Origin: Raillietiella orientalis
Taxonomy: Eukaryota
Assembly: GCA_036172245.1 (NCBI GenBank)
Contig: JAYWIR010000049.1
Span: 1,116,001 to 1,180,000 of the forward strand
Direction of reading: 5' to 3'
DNA: 64,000 nt
The notes under the pieces are model-generated. The model did not search any database and was not told the DNA's origin. It saw nothing but the letters and a program-made list of their open reading frames with translations. Both the position numbers and the translations under genes were made by a program. Below, piece after piece: positions 1 through 12,823 of the stretch (positions are counted from its first letter, which is position 1; each line of letters begins with the position of its first letter).

Positions 1-900
1 CAACTGGGTACCCATGAAAGGGTCAAGGCATTTTTGACCCGCCTAGGAAAAGGAAGCCGCGTCATGATGCAAGTCGCATGCTGCTCATTTGAAAGCACAT
101 AGGCGGCGTTCTAGAAGGCTCACGAAAGGGAACAAAAGAGGTAACGGACCCCATGCTCTCCCTTTGAATCTCAAGAACCATCCAGTTATCACAAAGGAAC
201 TGATCTGGTTGACAAACCCACCGTCGGCTCATTGGGATCCCGAGGTCGCACGAATAACGATGCCCTCCTTCAGGAGATGGAAATTCCAAGAAAGTCAGCG
301 AGCCATCACATCAGCAAGTTGAGGGTGCGGTCCGACATTCAGCGCGTCCAGTCCACTGGACGAGCCAGATGGGACGACACCCTCTGGATGAACAAGCACA
401 GAGCTACCTGGTGTGGGGTGATCCCAGGAGAGGGCCACGATCAACCTCGAGAGCCAGATCTCCAGAAATCCAGCAAGCGTGTCCGGAGGAGTGGCGGAGA
501 ACCCTGGCACCCAGGGGCTGAGGGACCGTCGCTAGGCGCACGGACGGAGACGAAGGCGAACTCGCCCTGCCGAGTCCTCCTCGGCGATGTCTGATGAGTG
601 GTGTACTTCTGCTGCCTCTGGTCTGATGGATACGGTCTAGACCCGCAAGTTTTCACCTCTCCGGTCGAGCTTTCGTCCAGGAAGCGAAGTGGACTCCGAG
701 CGAAGACTCGCTCTCGTCGTCTCCCTCGAGTCACGAGGCCACGGTCTCCCTGACTATCAGAAAAGCCATTCAGAAAAAACGGATGGGGATCCCACCCGTC
801 CTTCGGATCGATGTGCAGCTGCCTTGATTTTGGCTTGCACCCAGGTGGCAATGACCTTCCAGGAAAGAAAAGATGGCTCAGAGAAAGGGCAAGAATACCA
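1..900 (-). mobile_element. Highly degenerate DIRS-like retrotransposon relic (gag C-terminus and RT N-terminus, running off the window edge)
   Basis: Minus-strand fragments across frameshifts and stops, in DIRS RT order: DTLAGFLEIWLSRL (~GRLxHFLEAW), SRGCRPIW (~GYRLEF), LLKEGIV (~LLxKGAI), GGFVNQI (~GFxSRLF), FQMSSMR (~FKMETLR), VKNA..FHGYPV (~DLKDAYFHVP). Motif resemblance only. Confidence 0.4.
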
Positions 901-2651
901 GGCCTCACCCTCCTTCCACAAAACCCACGGCAGTCTCAAACGCTGATCTGGAGAGAAAAGCGAAGAAAGAACCAAGTACTTCCAGCTTTTTTTGGAAGAG
1001 GAAAAAGCTGAGACGATGAAGGGGAAAAGGAGGAAGCGACATGACCGTGGCAGGCACCCACAAGGGGGTCCTCTGAGTCTGAGATCAGTGCTCCTCGGGA
1101 AAGCACCTAGTTGGCCGACTCTGACCTATGCCGAAGAGAGAAACGGGTGGCTGCTGTTGGCATGAAAGCAGGACCTTGGGTAACCTCGCGCGCAGAACTT
1201 TGGAGATGGGTCATTAGGGGGCAAGCAACCTAATGTTTTGCCACATGAATGGATCCTTTTGGAGGTAGAAGATCAGGCTGTTGGTTCACGAGCTCCGATC
1301 CCTCAGGCGGCTTTCCCATGTCAATGCTCTACTCCTTCTTTGCCTGTTTACCTTCTTGGTCATCCAGTGGAAAGGAATGCGCCAGATGGGAAGCAAACCA
1401 GGAGTGTTCACTTTCCGATAGGAAAGCCAACACTCGTGGTCCGGAGACTGGCGGAAGGGTGTTTATTTTGCAAACTTGGAGACGGCCTCCCCTCCGTCGG
1501 CAGTCCCCCAACAAAATGGCGTCAAAGTGCGCTGTGGACTCGCGCTCCTATCTACACAAGACGCACGAGCGTCCTCATTTCTGCTCAGATGGCTACTGCT
1601 TCCTTTGTCCTCGTCTCTGCCCCCTCCCGACCACGTTGCCCCTCCGGATGCACGAGCTGAGCCAAGAGTGACCTCCCGGGGGCTCGGGGCTTCCAGGAAG
1701 CCCAGATCCGCTCTAGCTGCCCCTTTTCCCAGGAACTCCGCAGGCCGCCCGCCACCGACTGAGCAGCGCCATCGGGAACCAGCAAGCATGTATTTCAGAA
1801 CTTCCTCACGGCGGCTAGAAAGTTCTAGAAAATCCAGGGACTCAGAACAGTTTCTTCCACCTCTTCCCCAGCTCCAGCAAACTCGCGGACAGGTTGATGA
1901 GTTTCCAAGGATCCTGAGTAAAGATCTGGAGCGCCATGCAGACGACGGCCTGGAGAAACAGCCACAGCAGCCACAGGATGAAGCAGAGAATACTGGAAAG
2001 GACGCAGCGTTGCCATCTCTCCCGCTTTGCTGTAAGGAAGGAGGGAACAGCAGGTACTCCTGCTGCGGGACTGCTGGCGCACTGCCAGTCTGCACGAGGA
2101 GCCGACTGCTCCTGGTTCTGAGGCACTGGGACTGCCAGTGCTCCACGATGCGAGGGTGCGCTTCTCGAGACGTCAGGAGAGCGACCGATAACTACTCGAC
2201 CTCTCCCGACAGATCCCTTGGCGTGCAAGCAGCAGCACGCCTCCTCGTTTCCCACTGCATCAACTGCGCCTGTTCCAGGTGGTTGGTTAGCGTCTCCAGT
2301 TCCGGGGAGGACCCGCGCGCGCAAACTGAGGAATGCCCCTGGAGAGGGACGGCGTTCCAGGGTAGGGTGAGAGCACATGAAGATGCGGAGAAGCGTGCAG
2401 TCGGAGAAATGGGTGCGAACCTTCCTTCCCACCATCCTCCTTTTCAGCCACCGAGCGACCCTGAGCCTGCACGCAGTTTCCTCCTCTCTCCAGGAACAAC
2501 CTCCCTCCTCCCCACCCCCACCTCCTGTTCAGACACGCGGGAGCAGCAGAGAAGCGCAAGCCTTCTGGCGGCTCGCTCGTCGAGGCGCACGCGCGGCGGA
2601 AGAGAAAGAAAGAGGAAGGGGGGAGGGAGGAGCGCGGAAAGGACCACTCAC

Positions 2652-2840
2652 AAGTAGGCCACCGCGACTGCAGTGACAAACTTCCCTTCCAGGGTGAACT
2701 CAACAAGGTTGGCCAAGAGGGCCTTTAGGTGGACGCTCTGCACCTGCAGCTCCTGGTACACGGCGAGGATGGTGCAGTTCTCCGTAACCGAGTCGAAGAG
2801 TAGCACCGTGTCATTCAGCAGCCCCACCAGCTGCTGCCAC
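2652..2840 (-). other. Isolated coding-like exon of an unidentified gene or gene relic
   Basis: 189 nt, stop-free, bounded by ttccag| and |gtgagt, symmetric phase, strongly GC3-biased codons: WQQLVGLLNDTVLLFDSVTENCTILAVYQELQVQSVHLKALLANLVEFTLEGKFVTAVAVAY. Neighbouring putative exons are frameshifted. Confidence 0.45.
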
Positions 2841-5800
2841 CTGGAAGTTCACAGGGGACTTATCACTCCACCTTACCTTTTCCTCCGCACCCACCCACCC
2901 CCCTTTCCTGGCGGGGGGGGCACATCAAGAGCCCTTCCGGTCCGAGGGGGAGAGTAAGGATGAGGAAGGGCGGGGTGGGTGGGCGGGTCTCGCCCTCCCC
3001 CCATGATTTTACTTGTTGCTGCTGCCCACGGAGACCGAAGGAATGGTGACGAACTGGAAGTCCGTCCGCGCTCCACCGCCACCCCCTGGAAGGCAGAATC
3101 GGTGGGCGGTCGGTGAGCTGCCAGAGCGCCTGCGCCCGCTGGTTGCTGCGAGACGGGCTCGGCGGCCCGGAGGGGGAGTGCACGGACGGATGCCGTGATT
3201 GGGGAGGCTGCAGCGAACCATCGTTGTCGTACCCTTATTTTTCCCTTCTTCCCCATCCCTCCCATTCCCTGCGGCCATTGTCGCCGGTCGCAGTCCACCG
3301 CGCCTCCGCGAAAAGGAAAAGGGCGGCAGCGTCGCCTCTTCACCCTTTTCCTAGACCCCATATGGAGCGGCAGCGATCCGGAGACAACGGGGGTCGCAGC
3401 AACGCGTCCAGAAGGAAGGGAGAAGGAGGGACGGAAAGGGGTGCGCGCCCGCGATCTCTCCGCCCCACCACAACCGCTCACAAAGATGCTGAACGCCAGC
3501 TGCCTCAGGGAGGCGTCCAACCGCCCAACCCGAGGGCCTCACTTGCCTGCAAGGATGGTCAGCAAAAAAGCGGTTCTCGCCAGAAGCTCCATCTGCCGGC
3601 GGCTCGCAGGAACCAAGTGGAGCGGAGGCGCATTACTCTCCCGCACTAATACCCCTCAGATGGAGCCACCTACAGACCCCCCCCCTCCCCTCTGCGCGCG
3701 CGCCTGCACATGCCCCCCGCTGGACGCCGGCGAGCGCCTTCTGAGCACGGCGGCAGCAGTGGTAAACTGCACGGCTCCTTCCTCCTCTTCCACCCTTCCT
3801 CCTCCTCCTCTGTCATGTGCAGCCGCAGCCGTTAACAGCTCGCTCCGCTTGCAGGGCAAGCATGCAAGCGGGAACGGTCGTATACCCCCCTCCTTCCCGC
3901 CACAGCTCGGAACGGCTCGGTCTCCTTGGAAACCTGACCCTTGGAGGTTTTCTCAGATCCGGAGGAGAGGGATACGCCGCTCTTTTCTGGACCTTGGAGA
4001 ACTCGATGTCACGTGACGTCCGGCGCTCGGCCACGGTCCGCCCTCGCTGGATTCCGTGCGCAAGTGCAAACAATGCACACCGCGCAGCACTATGCGCGCA
4101 ACATGATGCGCGCGCGTTGTGCACTCACCTGGAGTGCACGGAAGTCGCCTGGAACGAGGTTCGGTCAAACTCTCGGCTCCAGAAGGGCTGTAGAACAGGA
4201 AGCACCAAGACCACGCTCTCCATAAGGCTCTTTGGCCAGACTTACCGGCAATTGGTTCAGCCTTCGGTCCATGAGGATTTTCACAAGGAATTCAAGGGGC
4301 TGAAGTGGATGGCAAGGCGGCAGGAACGCCACCGAGAGCTATTTGAAAACCATCGGCGGTTCCGTCTTTATGGAAATACATTTCCATAAAGACACCGAAA
4401 ATCCTAGAGAGCTGGAAGATCTGGTGAGGTCGGATGATCTGATTTTCACAAGTCCCCTTACCTTCATTTCCCATGCAATGGGTCCTAAGGACCAATCGAG
4501 CAAATTCCTCAAGGCAAACAGCCAAGAACTTTCGTAGAACTTCGCGGCAACTAGAAGAGGCCTGAGGACAGAACGTTCGCAGGCAGCTGCCATTCTGTTT
4601 CCAAGGTTTCCATGGTGATCCAGTTAGAATGCTGCCTTGGGGAGCGGCGGGGCAAGGGTAGCAGCCAGTAGCTCCCACCCAGAATCGTTGCGTTTCCGAA
4701 GACACAGAGGACATCCCTCTTCCTCTTCTCTTAAGTATTTTGGAGGAGGAGTATTCGCACCAGTCTCTCGAGATTCATATGAGGAAACTGGCCATTGTCC
4801 ACGTTTTTCTGGATGGGAACTTTGGAAAGGCAGGAACTTAGGAGACTCCGTCCGCGTTCCGCTGTCGAGGCTACGAGAAAACTGCGTCCTGGGTGCTATC
4901 ACTCTCTTGTGCATCTCTCGGCTCCGGGAGCACTGCGCACTTGGCTTCTTCTCCCGACACCCTCTTTCCCCTTTCTTCCCTCCTCTGCTCTTCGTCTTTC
5001 TCCTCTTCCTCCTCCCCTCCATCGTCCAGCTAGCGGCTCATCGAAGGGCAGAAGGTGCGCAAGGCCGTCCTCTTCCGTGCCGCCGCCACCAGTAGACCGC
5101 AGCATCACGGTGGGCGAGGAAGACATCACCGACAGCAACACCTGGAGCCCTCGCTTCAAGGAACATTCGTGCATTGCCAGACTGCAGTTCGCCTCTGAGT
5201 TCCTCTCCCTTCGCCTCCAGAAACGAACAGGAGAGAAGCAGAGGAAAAAACTGCAGCGCTCACTCCAAAATCCTAGTCTCTAAAACAGGAATCTCGGAGG
5301 CACCGAGGTTCGCGGCTTCATCCCTCCCTTTTCGCCCTTGGCCCCTCCATCGCTCCACGAGAGCAACCGCTGCTCCGCTGCCACCTCTTCTGGAAAAATC
5401 GAAAGCTCTTGGGAGAGGCGCACCCAGGAAGAATCCTTTGCACTCAGAAAGGGAGAATGGACGTGTGAAGCTGACCGCGGATGCCGAGAAGCGAGGAGTC
5501 TCAAGAGAGACTGGGATTTTAGCGCACGAGGGAGACTTCGCCTCGCCTTGTCCTAGCTATGGGGCTCAGGCAGCGTCGTGGTACCTGGAAGAGTTCGCCA
5601 AATCTCTCCAATTCCCAAAGTGTGGTCGTTCGCTGCTCCACTTGTCGCCCCTTCTCTCTCCAGACGTAGTTCAAAGCCGAATGTTCACGATTCTGGAGAG
5701 AAGGAGGAGGTCTATTTTGACGTGCCCGGGAGTGACTTCCGAATAGGGTCCATCTTTTCTGATGGAGCGACACCGGAAAGGATGGGAGCACTCCCATCAT

Positions 5801-7699
5801 CTTGTCTTCCTTGTCTCCTGTCTCGGTCTACACTCTCTGAGCGCCTTGGAATAGGGATGCTGAGCTACTGCCACGTCCTTCCAGTCAGAGGCGATCCGTA
5901 CGGTTCTTCTCGGAGGTCCCCAAGGCGAGCCGCAGTAGCGGCGGCAGTTCCAGAACTCGCAGTTTCTCCCCGCCGCACTCAGGGCATCGTCAAGGCTACG
6001 CGAACGCATCGTTTCTGGAGCTGGTGGCTCCAGGATGAACTCATAGCAGGCAGAACTGGGAGCAATCGGTTTTTCCTCCCGGCATCATAGCCGACCGGTG
6101 GAACGGGAAAGGACCGGGACGCGAACCATCCAAGTGGTGCTCGTGAACTTCGGATGAGAACCAAAGCAAAGGCTGCGGAGGACACTCGTGAACGTCCGAA
6201 ACACTTCTTCTGCAGCCCGCACAGGTGCTAACACTGAGGTCGTCCTGAGCAGCAGTGTCCTGAAGGTGAGCTCTCAGTTGCTACACGCGGATGCGAGAGC
6301 TCTCGTCCACCGGGGACAAGAAGATGCGGTTTCCTCCGATAGGGAAAGGAGGCCCGCGTTTCCCATCGCTCACCCTGCCCGCCCACGTCTCATTCCCCGA
6401 TAACTGGCCTCCCTCAGATCCCTCTGCCCAGCGGGCGCCTCGGCCAAGCTGGATCCCTCTCTGCTGCATCGGTGAGGACAGGAGGCAGCGGCATGCATCC
6501 GATGAGGACGAGGGAGCGGAAGTATCGCCGTCCGCCGCACTTGCGGAACTCAAGGCGCTGAAAACAAGGGTGAGCAGCTGAAGATTCGAGGGGCGCCTCC
6601 TCAGCCCGGGAAGCTGGGGCACGGAGTGAAAGCTAAAGGGATGCTTTAAGTGGGTTTCCTTCGTCGGAGGCATCCGAGATTCGGTAGACTGCCAGCGTCT
6701 CCTTGGTCCGTTGGCGAAAAAAAAACTAAGCGGCTCATGTCAAAGAAAATCAGTGACCTTTTTCAGGGATTCCCGACAGCTCCAGGAGAAAGCGAAGAAA
6801 CTGAACGTGAGTCGATGGGCAGTCGGAAAGGTGAGTCGGCTCCAACGCCCTCCGGGAGGCGGCGAATGTTCCGCCTCACTGAGAGCGGGAGCGGACACGC
6901 GAATTTCTCGCGCATGCCCGGAGATAAGGGCCTTCCTAATCTGCGTGAGAGGCAACAAGAGGAGGGGGAGGTTATCGAGAGCGAGGCTGGAGATCTCCGC
7001 GAAGACAACTCACCTCCTACCTCTGGGGCCTCCGCAAAAGTCCGACCCCTTCCTTCACTACGGGAAGGTTGTTCTTCAGATGCTCGCTCTCCCCTTCCGT
7101 CTGCGGGGGGTCCGGAGCTGCTTCTCCTCCAATGTCCCATTTATCGCTCAGGTCTCCATCCTTGGAGCAAGCTGCTCGGAGACCCTTATTTACAGTTCCA
7201 TGAACAGGACGCCCGGATGCTCCATGGCGGCCGGATGCCACACCCAGATGCGTGTTTGTGTTTTTTTTCTTTTTTTTTTGTTAGAGGAGGGAGGAGGCAG
7301 TCCCAAGATGGAAGGCATTCTGGATCTCCCAGTTCTGGTGGACCTCGTGACCGTCCGCACGACAAACTCCAGTTTTCCACCAACTCCTGTTCGGTGAGCT
7401 GTCATCTCGCGGCAGAGGAACGAACTACATGTGAAAATTGTCCTCTCTTTCGTGTTTTTTTCAAGGACGAGAAAAAAAAAAGGGTCTTCCAGGTCGTCGT
7501 ATGTTCCAGGAGAGAGAGGGTTTCACAAGGGGAGAAACTTGTTCGAGGGCGGTTGAAAATTCGCTTTACACAGCCTCGGGTAGGGGAAGGGAGGAAGAGG
7601 TTTGAGAGGACAGCCAAGTTCGCAGCTTTTCGGGGGTCTCCAAATGAACGCGCGCGAAGAACACCCCCCCAAAAAGAAGGCAAACATCCAAGCAGGAAG

Positions 7700-10400
7700 T
7701 GCATCCCTCCCGAAAAGAACACCTAGAAGGCAACATCATCCCGAACTTCCCCACCCTTCCGCAACGGCTTTTAAGGCCTCGTTCCAAAGGACACTCACTC
7801 CGGCTAGGGACACAACCAGAAGAAGAGGAGCGAAAGGACGTTGCTCGAGTGCCAAAGGGATATTCTTGCGGTCGCCGGGCGTCGAGAGCGCCGTCAGCAG
7901 CTGGTAGATGGAGGACGGCTGGTGGAGGAGCCACCAGCCGTCCTGTCCTCCATCAGTCAAAAGAAAGATGTTCCATAGACTGCTCACTGTGAGCTTCTAC
8001 TCGCAATCTTCCGGACTTCGGGTGCACACCTTTTGGGGTACACCTCGCGCGCAGAAACTGGTAGGAAACGCGGTTCCGACAGTCCCTTCCGACTCGCTTG
8101 ATTGTCCGTCTACAGGACGAGGCAGCACTTGAGCGTGGATCCTGACTAGGAGGAAGAGCCGCCTACGTCACCTGTGGACTTGGAGTAACGACCACCCTGC
8201 GACCCCCGGAAGATGGAAGTGTCGCGTGAAGAAGGCAGTGCTGAACTCGCGGGACACCAGCTACCTCTCCTCACGCGCGTCCGCCTCCCGACAAGAAGAA
8301 GCGTGGCGGCGCCTTCCTTGTTTTCGCGCGCCTCGGTCCGCAGCTTCGGCAGGCGGTGACCTTCCCTCTCCCCTTCTTCCCTTCCCAAGTGGATTCAGTC
8401 GCGAGAAGCCCCAGAAATCCGCAGGGATGCTCCCGTCCCCCTCCCCTGCCGATCGAGAGAGTCGTCGGAAGCCCTCAACCGAACTGCTCAGGACAACGGT
8501 GGAGGAGAATGGAAACCTCCCTCGGCAGAGGTTCAACTCATCCTTGCCGTAAGACAGGATCACGTTGCCGAGAGTGGGAGTAGGTGCAACTTTCCCGCGC
8601 AACCAGAGGAGGTTGCCTCGTTTAACGAGGGCGTCGGGAAGGATGCGGGCCGCTCCTCGTCTCCAGCGGGTTCCTGCGCCCGCGAGATTCCGCAGCCTTC
8701 GCGCTGGTCTCCCAGCCGCAGGAGATTCGTGGCCTGGGGCATTTCTTTTCTCCTTCCTTCTCTCTCTCTCGTCTTTGCAAAGGAGGGAGGGGAGGAGGAA
8801 GCCATTAAGGTGCGCATCTTCTGGACGGTCATAGAGAAGGAGGATGACATGGAAAGAGGGGGGGAAGGGGGGGACAACTGAGGGAAGACCGACCGTTCCT
8901 TTCCTTTCATTTATTTTTTGGGGGAGTTTTTTTGCCTCCCCTCCCGAATACGCTCATTCCGAGTCCTCTGCCGCCACCGCCTATTCCGCTTCCTCTTGGA
9001 GACCCCGCGACGTCATTGTCTTTCGCTTGGGCGATTCACCTCGTAGCCAGAGGAAGAATCCTGGCGCCGGAAGCGTGAGACGGAGGCTGCCGCCTTTCCC
9101 TCCGCTCCCTTCTTCGCCGTCCTTGCTTCCCGGAGCTCCTCTTCCTCCTTGTTCTTCACGTCGTAAGCGGCGGACTTCCAGCCCGCGCGGCAGAACAGAC
9201 AGCTCATAGCGGAACGATCTTTCCTGGAACGCCAGCGATCCTCCCGGCTTTCTGGAACGAGAATGAGGTCGGAAGCCGCGTTCCCAGGAGGAACTTCCCT
9301 CTTTCCCCACCATCCGGGAGTGCCCAGCTTCCTGCTGCCAACCGATTCGACTGAGAGGTCGTCGAGTGTTGGAGCGGGAAGGCGTGTCCCGAAGGAGAGA
9401 GGGGAGGGGGAGTGGAGAAAGAGTCGAGAGATAAGATCCCCCTTCACGGGAGTAGGGAGGGTCCTCGCGAGCAGGCACCGACAAGAAGCAGGATGAAGCC
9501 GCTCTTCACTATTCTGAGTACGAGAGTAACCAGGTATCCTCTCGCCCCCGGATCCCGGATGCGTCTGTCCGTCCTCTCCGGCGCCAGTGGTGACCCGAGA
9601 ATATTTCGCCCGAAAAAGAAGGAAAAAAAACAACTTTGACTGACCGAAATTACGGTCCCGTCGTGTTTCCCAGAGCTTCAGCAGCAGCCGGGATGGAGGG
9701 GAAGGAGCTCAGACGATCCTTTCCGGAACGAAGGATGCTGGCGTCCGAAGAACAGCCGGTTGCCGGAAACGCGGCTTGCACAGGGGCTGCACCGGGAGAA
9801 CGGCGAGAGGAATTTATTTATTTATTTTTTTCTTCCGAAAAAGGGAAAGTTTATCATAAGTTTGGTTGCCCAAGGCGAAGCGACCCCGTCGCTGCGCCCT
9901 TATCGCTGTCGGGCGTGCGAGGCGAGGCAACCGCTGACCGGATGGGAGTTGCGGAAAACAAAGAGGGGGAGGGGCGTACCGAGAGACCTCTGAGCTCATG
10001 CCCGCTTCCCACGCGGGTGTTCCAGCCCTGGTATTAGTCATCCCGGATGAGATTTCGGCATGGAGGAGAGCGTGCGTGGGCTTTATCCCACCCGTTGACG
10101 AGCGGGCGAAATGTCGCTTCGCAGCGTCGCAGGAACAGCGGAAGGCTTCGAGCTCCACCCGGCTGGCTGCGCGCCGGAAAAAAGGTACAGATCGGAGGAC
10201 ACGAGGAACTCTAGACGAAACTGCAGCCGTTCTGAAATCGTCGAAGGCCGCTCTCGCGCAGACAAAGTCTCCCTGGGACTTTCGGCATGCAAAAAATCGG
10301 AGTGCGACCTCGCACGGTTTTCGGCGTCGCCCCTCGCTTTCCGATCGAGGGGGAATCGATGCGGCGATGCCTGGTACAGGATCTTTCTCGGGATCTTTCG
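7700..10400 (+). mobile_element. Degenerate R2/NeSL-type (restriction-like endonuclease) non-LTR retrotransposon relic
   Basis: Ordered but frameshifted motif remnants: VARVPKG (~7840), SVKRKMFHRLL (~7950), GNAVPTVP (~8065), RQ/GGDLPSPLLPF (~8350; cf. QGDPLSPLLF), PAD (~8445), RCRAC...LSSCP (~9904-10003; CCHC knuckle), VPALVLV (~10020; cf. PDLV), VSLG (~10270). Confidence 0.45.
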
Positions 10401-11046
10401 GGCTGGAGAGCAGTCGAGTTCACGATGCTGCTGCTATCAGCAGCGTGGAAGCGTTTCGGAAAGGCAACCGCTTCTCCTCCTCCACGAGCTCGTCCTCAAG
10501 CACTTGGATACGCAAAGCTGTGCAGTCCACCAGGAATTTACTTATTTGTACGAAATGTACAGAAATCTTTTCTGCCTCGGAAAAGAAAAAAAAAAAAAAA
10601 ACTGCATGAAGAGCATGTAAGCTGGCAGTCGACAGCACTCCACATTTGAGCGAACCGATCCGTGGGCCGAATCGGAAATGACGCATGTTTGGATCAGCTG
10701 TTCCCCTGAAGCCATCCCGGATCTGCTTGCTTGATGCCGTATAAAAGTCCTCCATAATGCAGTAATCGACTTTTAACGCCGAAATTATCTCCGAAGGCTC
10801 GTTGGTTGCATATGTGGCAATTTAATTCCCGGCTAGAATATCACGTATTTCCAGGACAAATGTTCGAAGCCTGATAATTTCCAGAAACTTTGTGTTGCAA
10901 GACCTGGGTAAGACGATATTATAGGAAAACTAGTAAAATATTAACTATCAAGTGGGAAAACAACGAAACGCGTAATTACATATTGTAATTATGGCTACTG
11001 AAATGAAATTACCGTTCAGTTTGATTTATTTCCTGGGAACGATTAT

Positions 11047-11600
11047 ATGAACAAGAAGGGGCACATGCACGGTTCTGTTTGGAGAAGCAGCTACCGTTAC
11101 GAACGCGTGCACTGTTTCCAAGGAAACCGCGCAAACCCAAAGATTGGAACCCACAGATTTTCACTCGATGAAAAGAGGGTGGACCGACAGAAGCAGCGAA
11201 CTTTCCTTCAAGTCGACTTGGCAACAAACTTCAAGGATGATTCGGGAATAGAAAGAACAAATCACGAGAGGATGCAGGCTACTTCTTGTTACACGGAAGG
11301 CTATCCATCTATCTGGATAGTGTTTGATCAGCGGCACCACAGAATAATCAAACCTCATTATTTTCAAAAGGACGTAAAGCTGAAACAAAGAATGTCTACA
11401 GAAGAATCGGAATCATTATACTCTTAGAACAACTACCGCTTTTCTTTTTTTTTTGTGTGGAGCTCCAACTTCATAATGATTAAACTGAATATTTTGGGCA
11501 CCCTGGTTGTTCCCTCAACTTTGGGCCGGAAGAATTTTCCTCCATGCGTTCGGATCATCCGTCCAGATGTTCCGAATAGGACTTTAAAGTGCTTTGAATC
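11047..11600 (+). mobile_element. Degenerate Tc1/mariner-superfamily (maT/DD37D-like) transposase relic
   Basis: FSLDEK (~FSDEK), YPSIWIVF...IKPHYFQKDVKL (~PxSxMVW...HFxxKGVK), then frameshifted GAP-like and FW..EEFPP-like remnants in the expected order. Confidence 0.4.
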
Positions 11601-12823
11601 ACTATAGCGCCGCTGAGCATCTGAAGCTGGTCACGCTCATGACACTGAGATGATAGGGACCTCCATGGACACTCTAGGCACAACGGACTTCCATAATAGC
11701 AATCACCTCCGATTAAGTAGTTATTTGACTTTCCCATCAGGAGGAAATGGATCAGCAGCAGCAATGGCAGAAGAAAACATCTGCAGAATGGGTTACACTT
11801 TTTATTCAAAAAACGAATGGCGTCGATGCTAGCAGAAGTTCTTTTGGTCGCTCAGTTTGCAAGGGGTTGCTCTACACGCATTGCTCTCGAGGAGGAAATC
11901 TTTCGGTCGACGAGTAAGTCCCTATCTGCGGAGCGCGAAGATGCTGCTGCTGCACCCAAAATAAAGGCACGAATCTTAATCTCAAGACTTCGCAGTCTGG
12001 CACGGTATGTTTCCTATCATTGCTGCTTCAGTCAAAGTAATTCGAAAGGTGATTTTTTGCATGAGCGAAAGTTTTTTCAAGGTGCAGACTGCTGAGATTC
12101 CATCGACAAATATTTTACAAATGACCATGACACGTCCTGACAACGGACTTTTCCTAATGGGGTAGTAGAAATGCAAAACTGGTTAGCAGAAATTATTAAA
12201 AGTATATTTCTTTTTTTTTTTGTCCAGGCTGATGATGGTCATCGGGAGATGAACAGTGGCGACAGCTGACCATAAAACAATCCCATGACGTGGAACATAT
12301 ATGCTCGAAGAATTCATCAACCTCCATCATTCAAAAGCACACCCGCGTGTTGGTAAAAAAAAAAAAAAAAAATCATTGGTTATTACGAGAGGGTTTCAAG
12401 TGTGTCGTTTGCATTATCTTCGACGGACGCCTGAAAAGAAATTGAGACCTCTCACTACGGAAGAGAAGGAATGCCCTTCCTCCATTCCTCTCAACTCACA
12501 TCCTACTTTTGAATTCATCGAACTCGGTAAGTAACTTTTCTGTGGTAATCTTTCTGTGGATTAATCCAACTAAACAGAGGCAGGGGTTGGATCAAATTGC
12601 TCCCCCCCTTTCCTTAAGAGGAAAAAAAAAAAAAAAAAAAAAAGCAGTGGCCGCTCTGCGAAAAATCTGCCTTTCACAAATATGAAGCAAGATAAGAAAA
12701 CGAAGAATCAAAGTGAAATTACTACAGTGAAAAATGACTTTATTTACACATCACCAGCATCAGTGCAGGGATTTGTTCTAGAATATGCAAATCACACACA
12801 CTTCACAAATCAAGAGGAGGGAA

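Noticed and set aside
2652..2840. Faint resemblance of the exon peptide to FANCA
   Set aside because: Needs a long insertion and rests on generic helical patterning; no symbol assigned.
4119..4152. Helitron 3' end (hairpin plus CTRR)
   Set aside because: CTGG is not followed by T, and no Rep/helicase or 5' TC end was identified.
1463..10755. Many long overlapping ORFs (up to 393 aa) in the ORF track
   Set aside because: Low-complexity R/S/P/G-rich translations on both strands, as expected from GC-rich stop-poor DNA; no coherent protein family.
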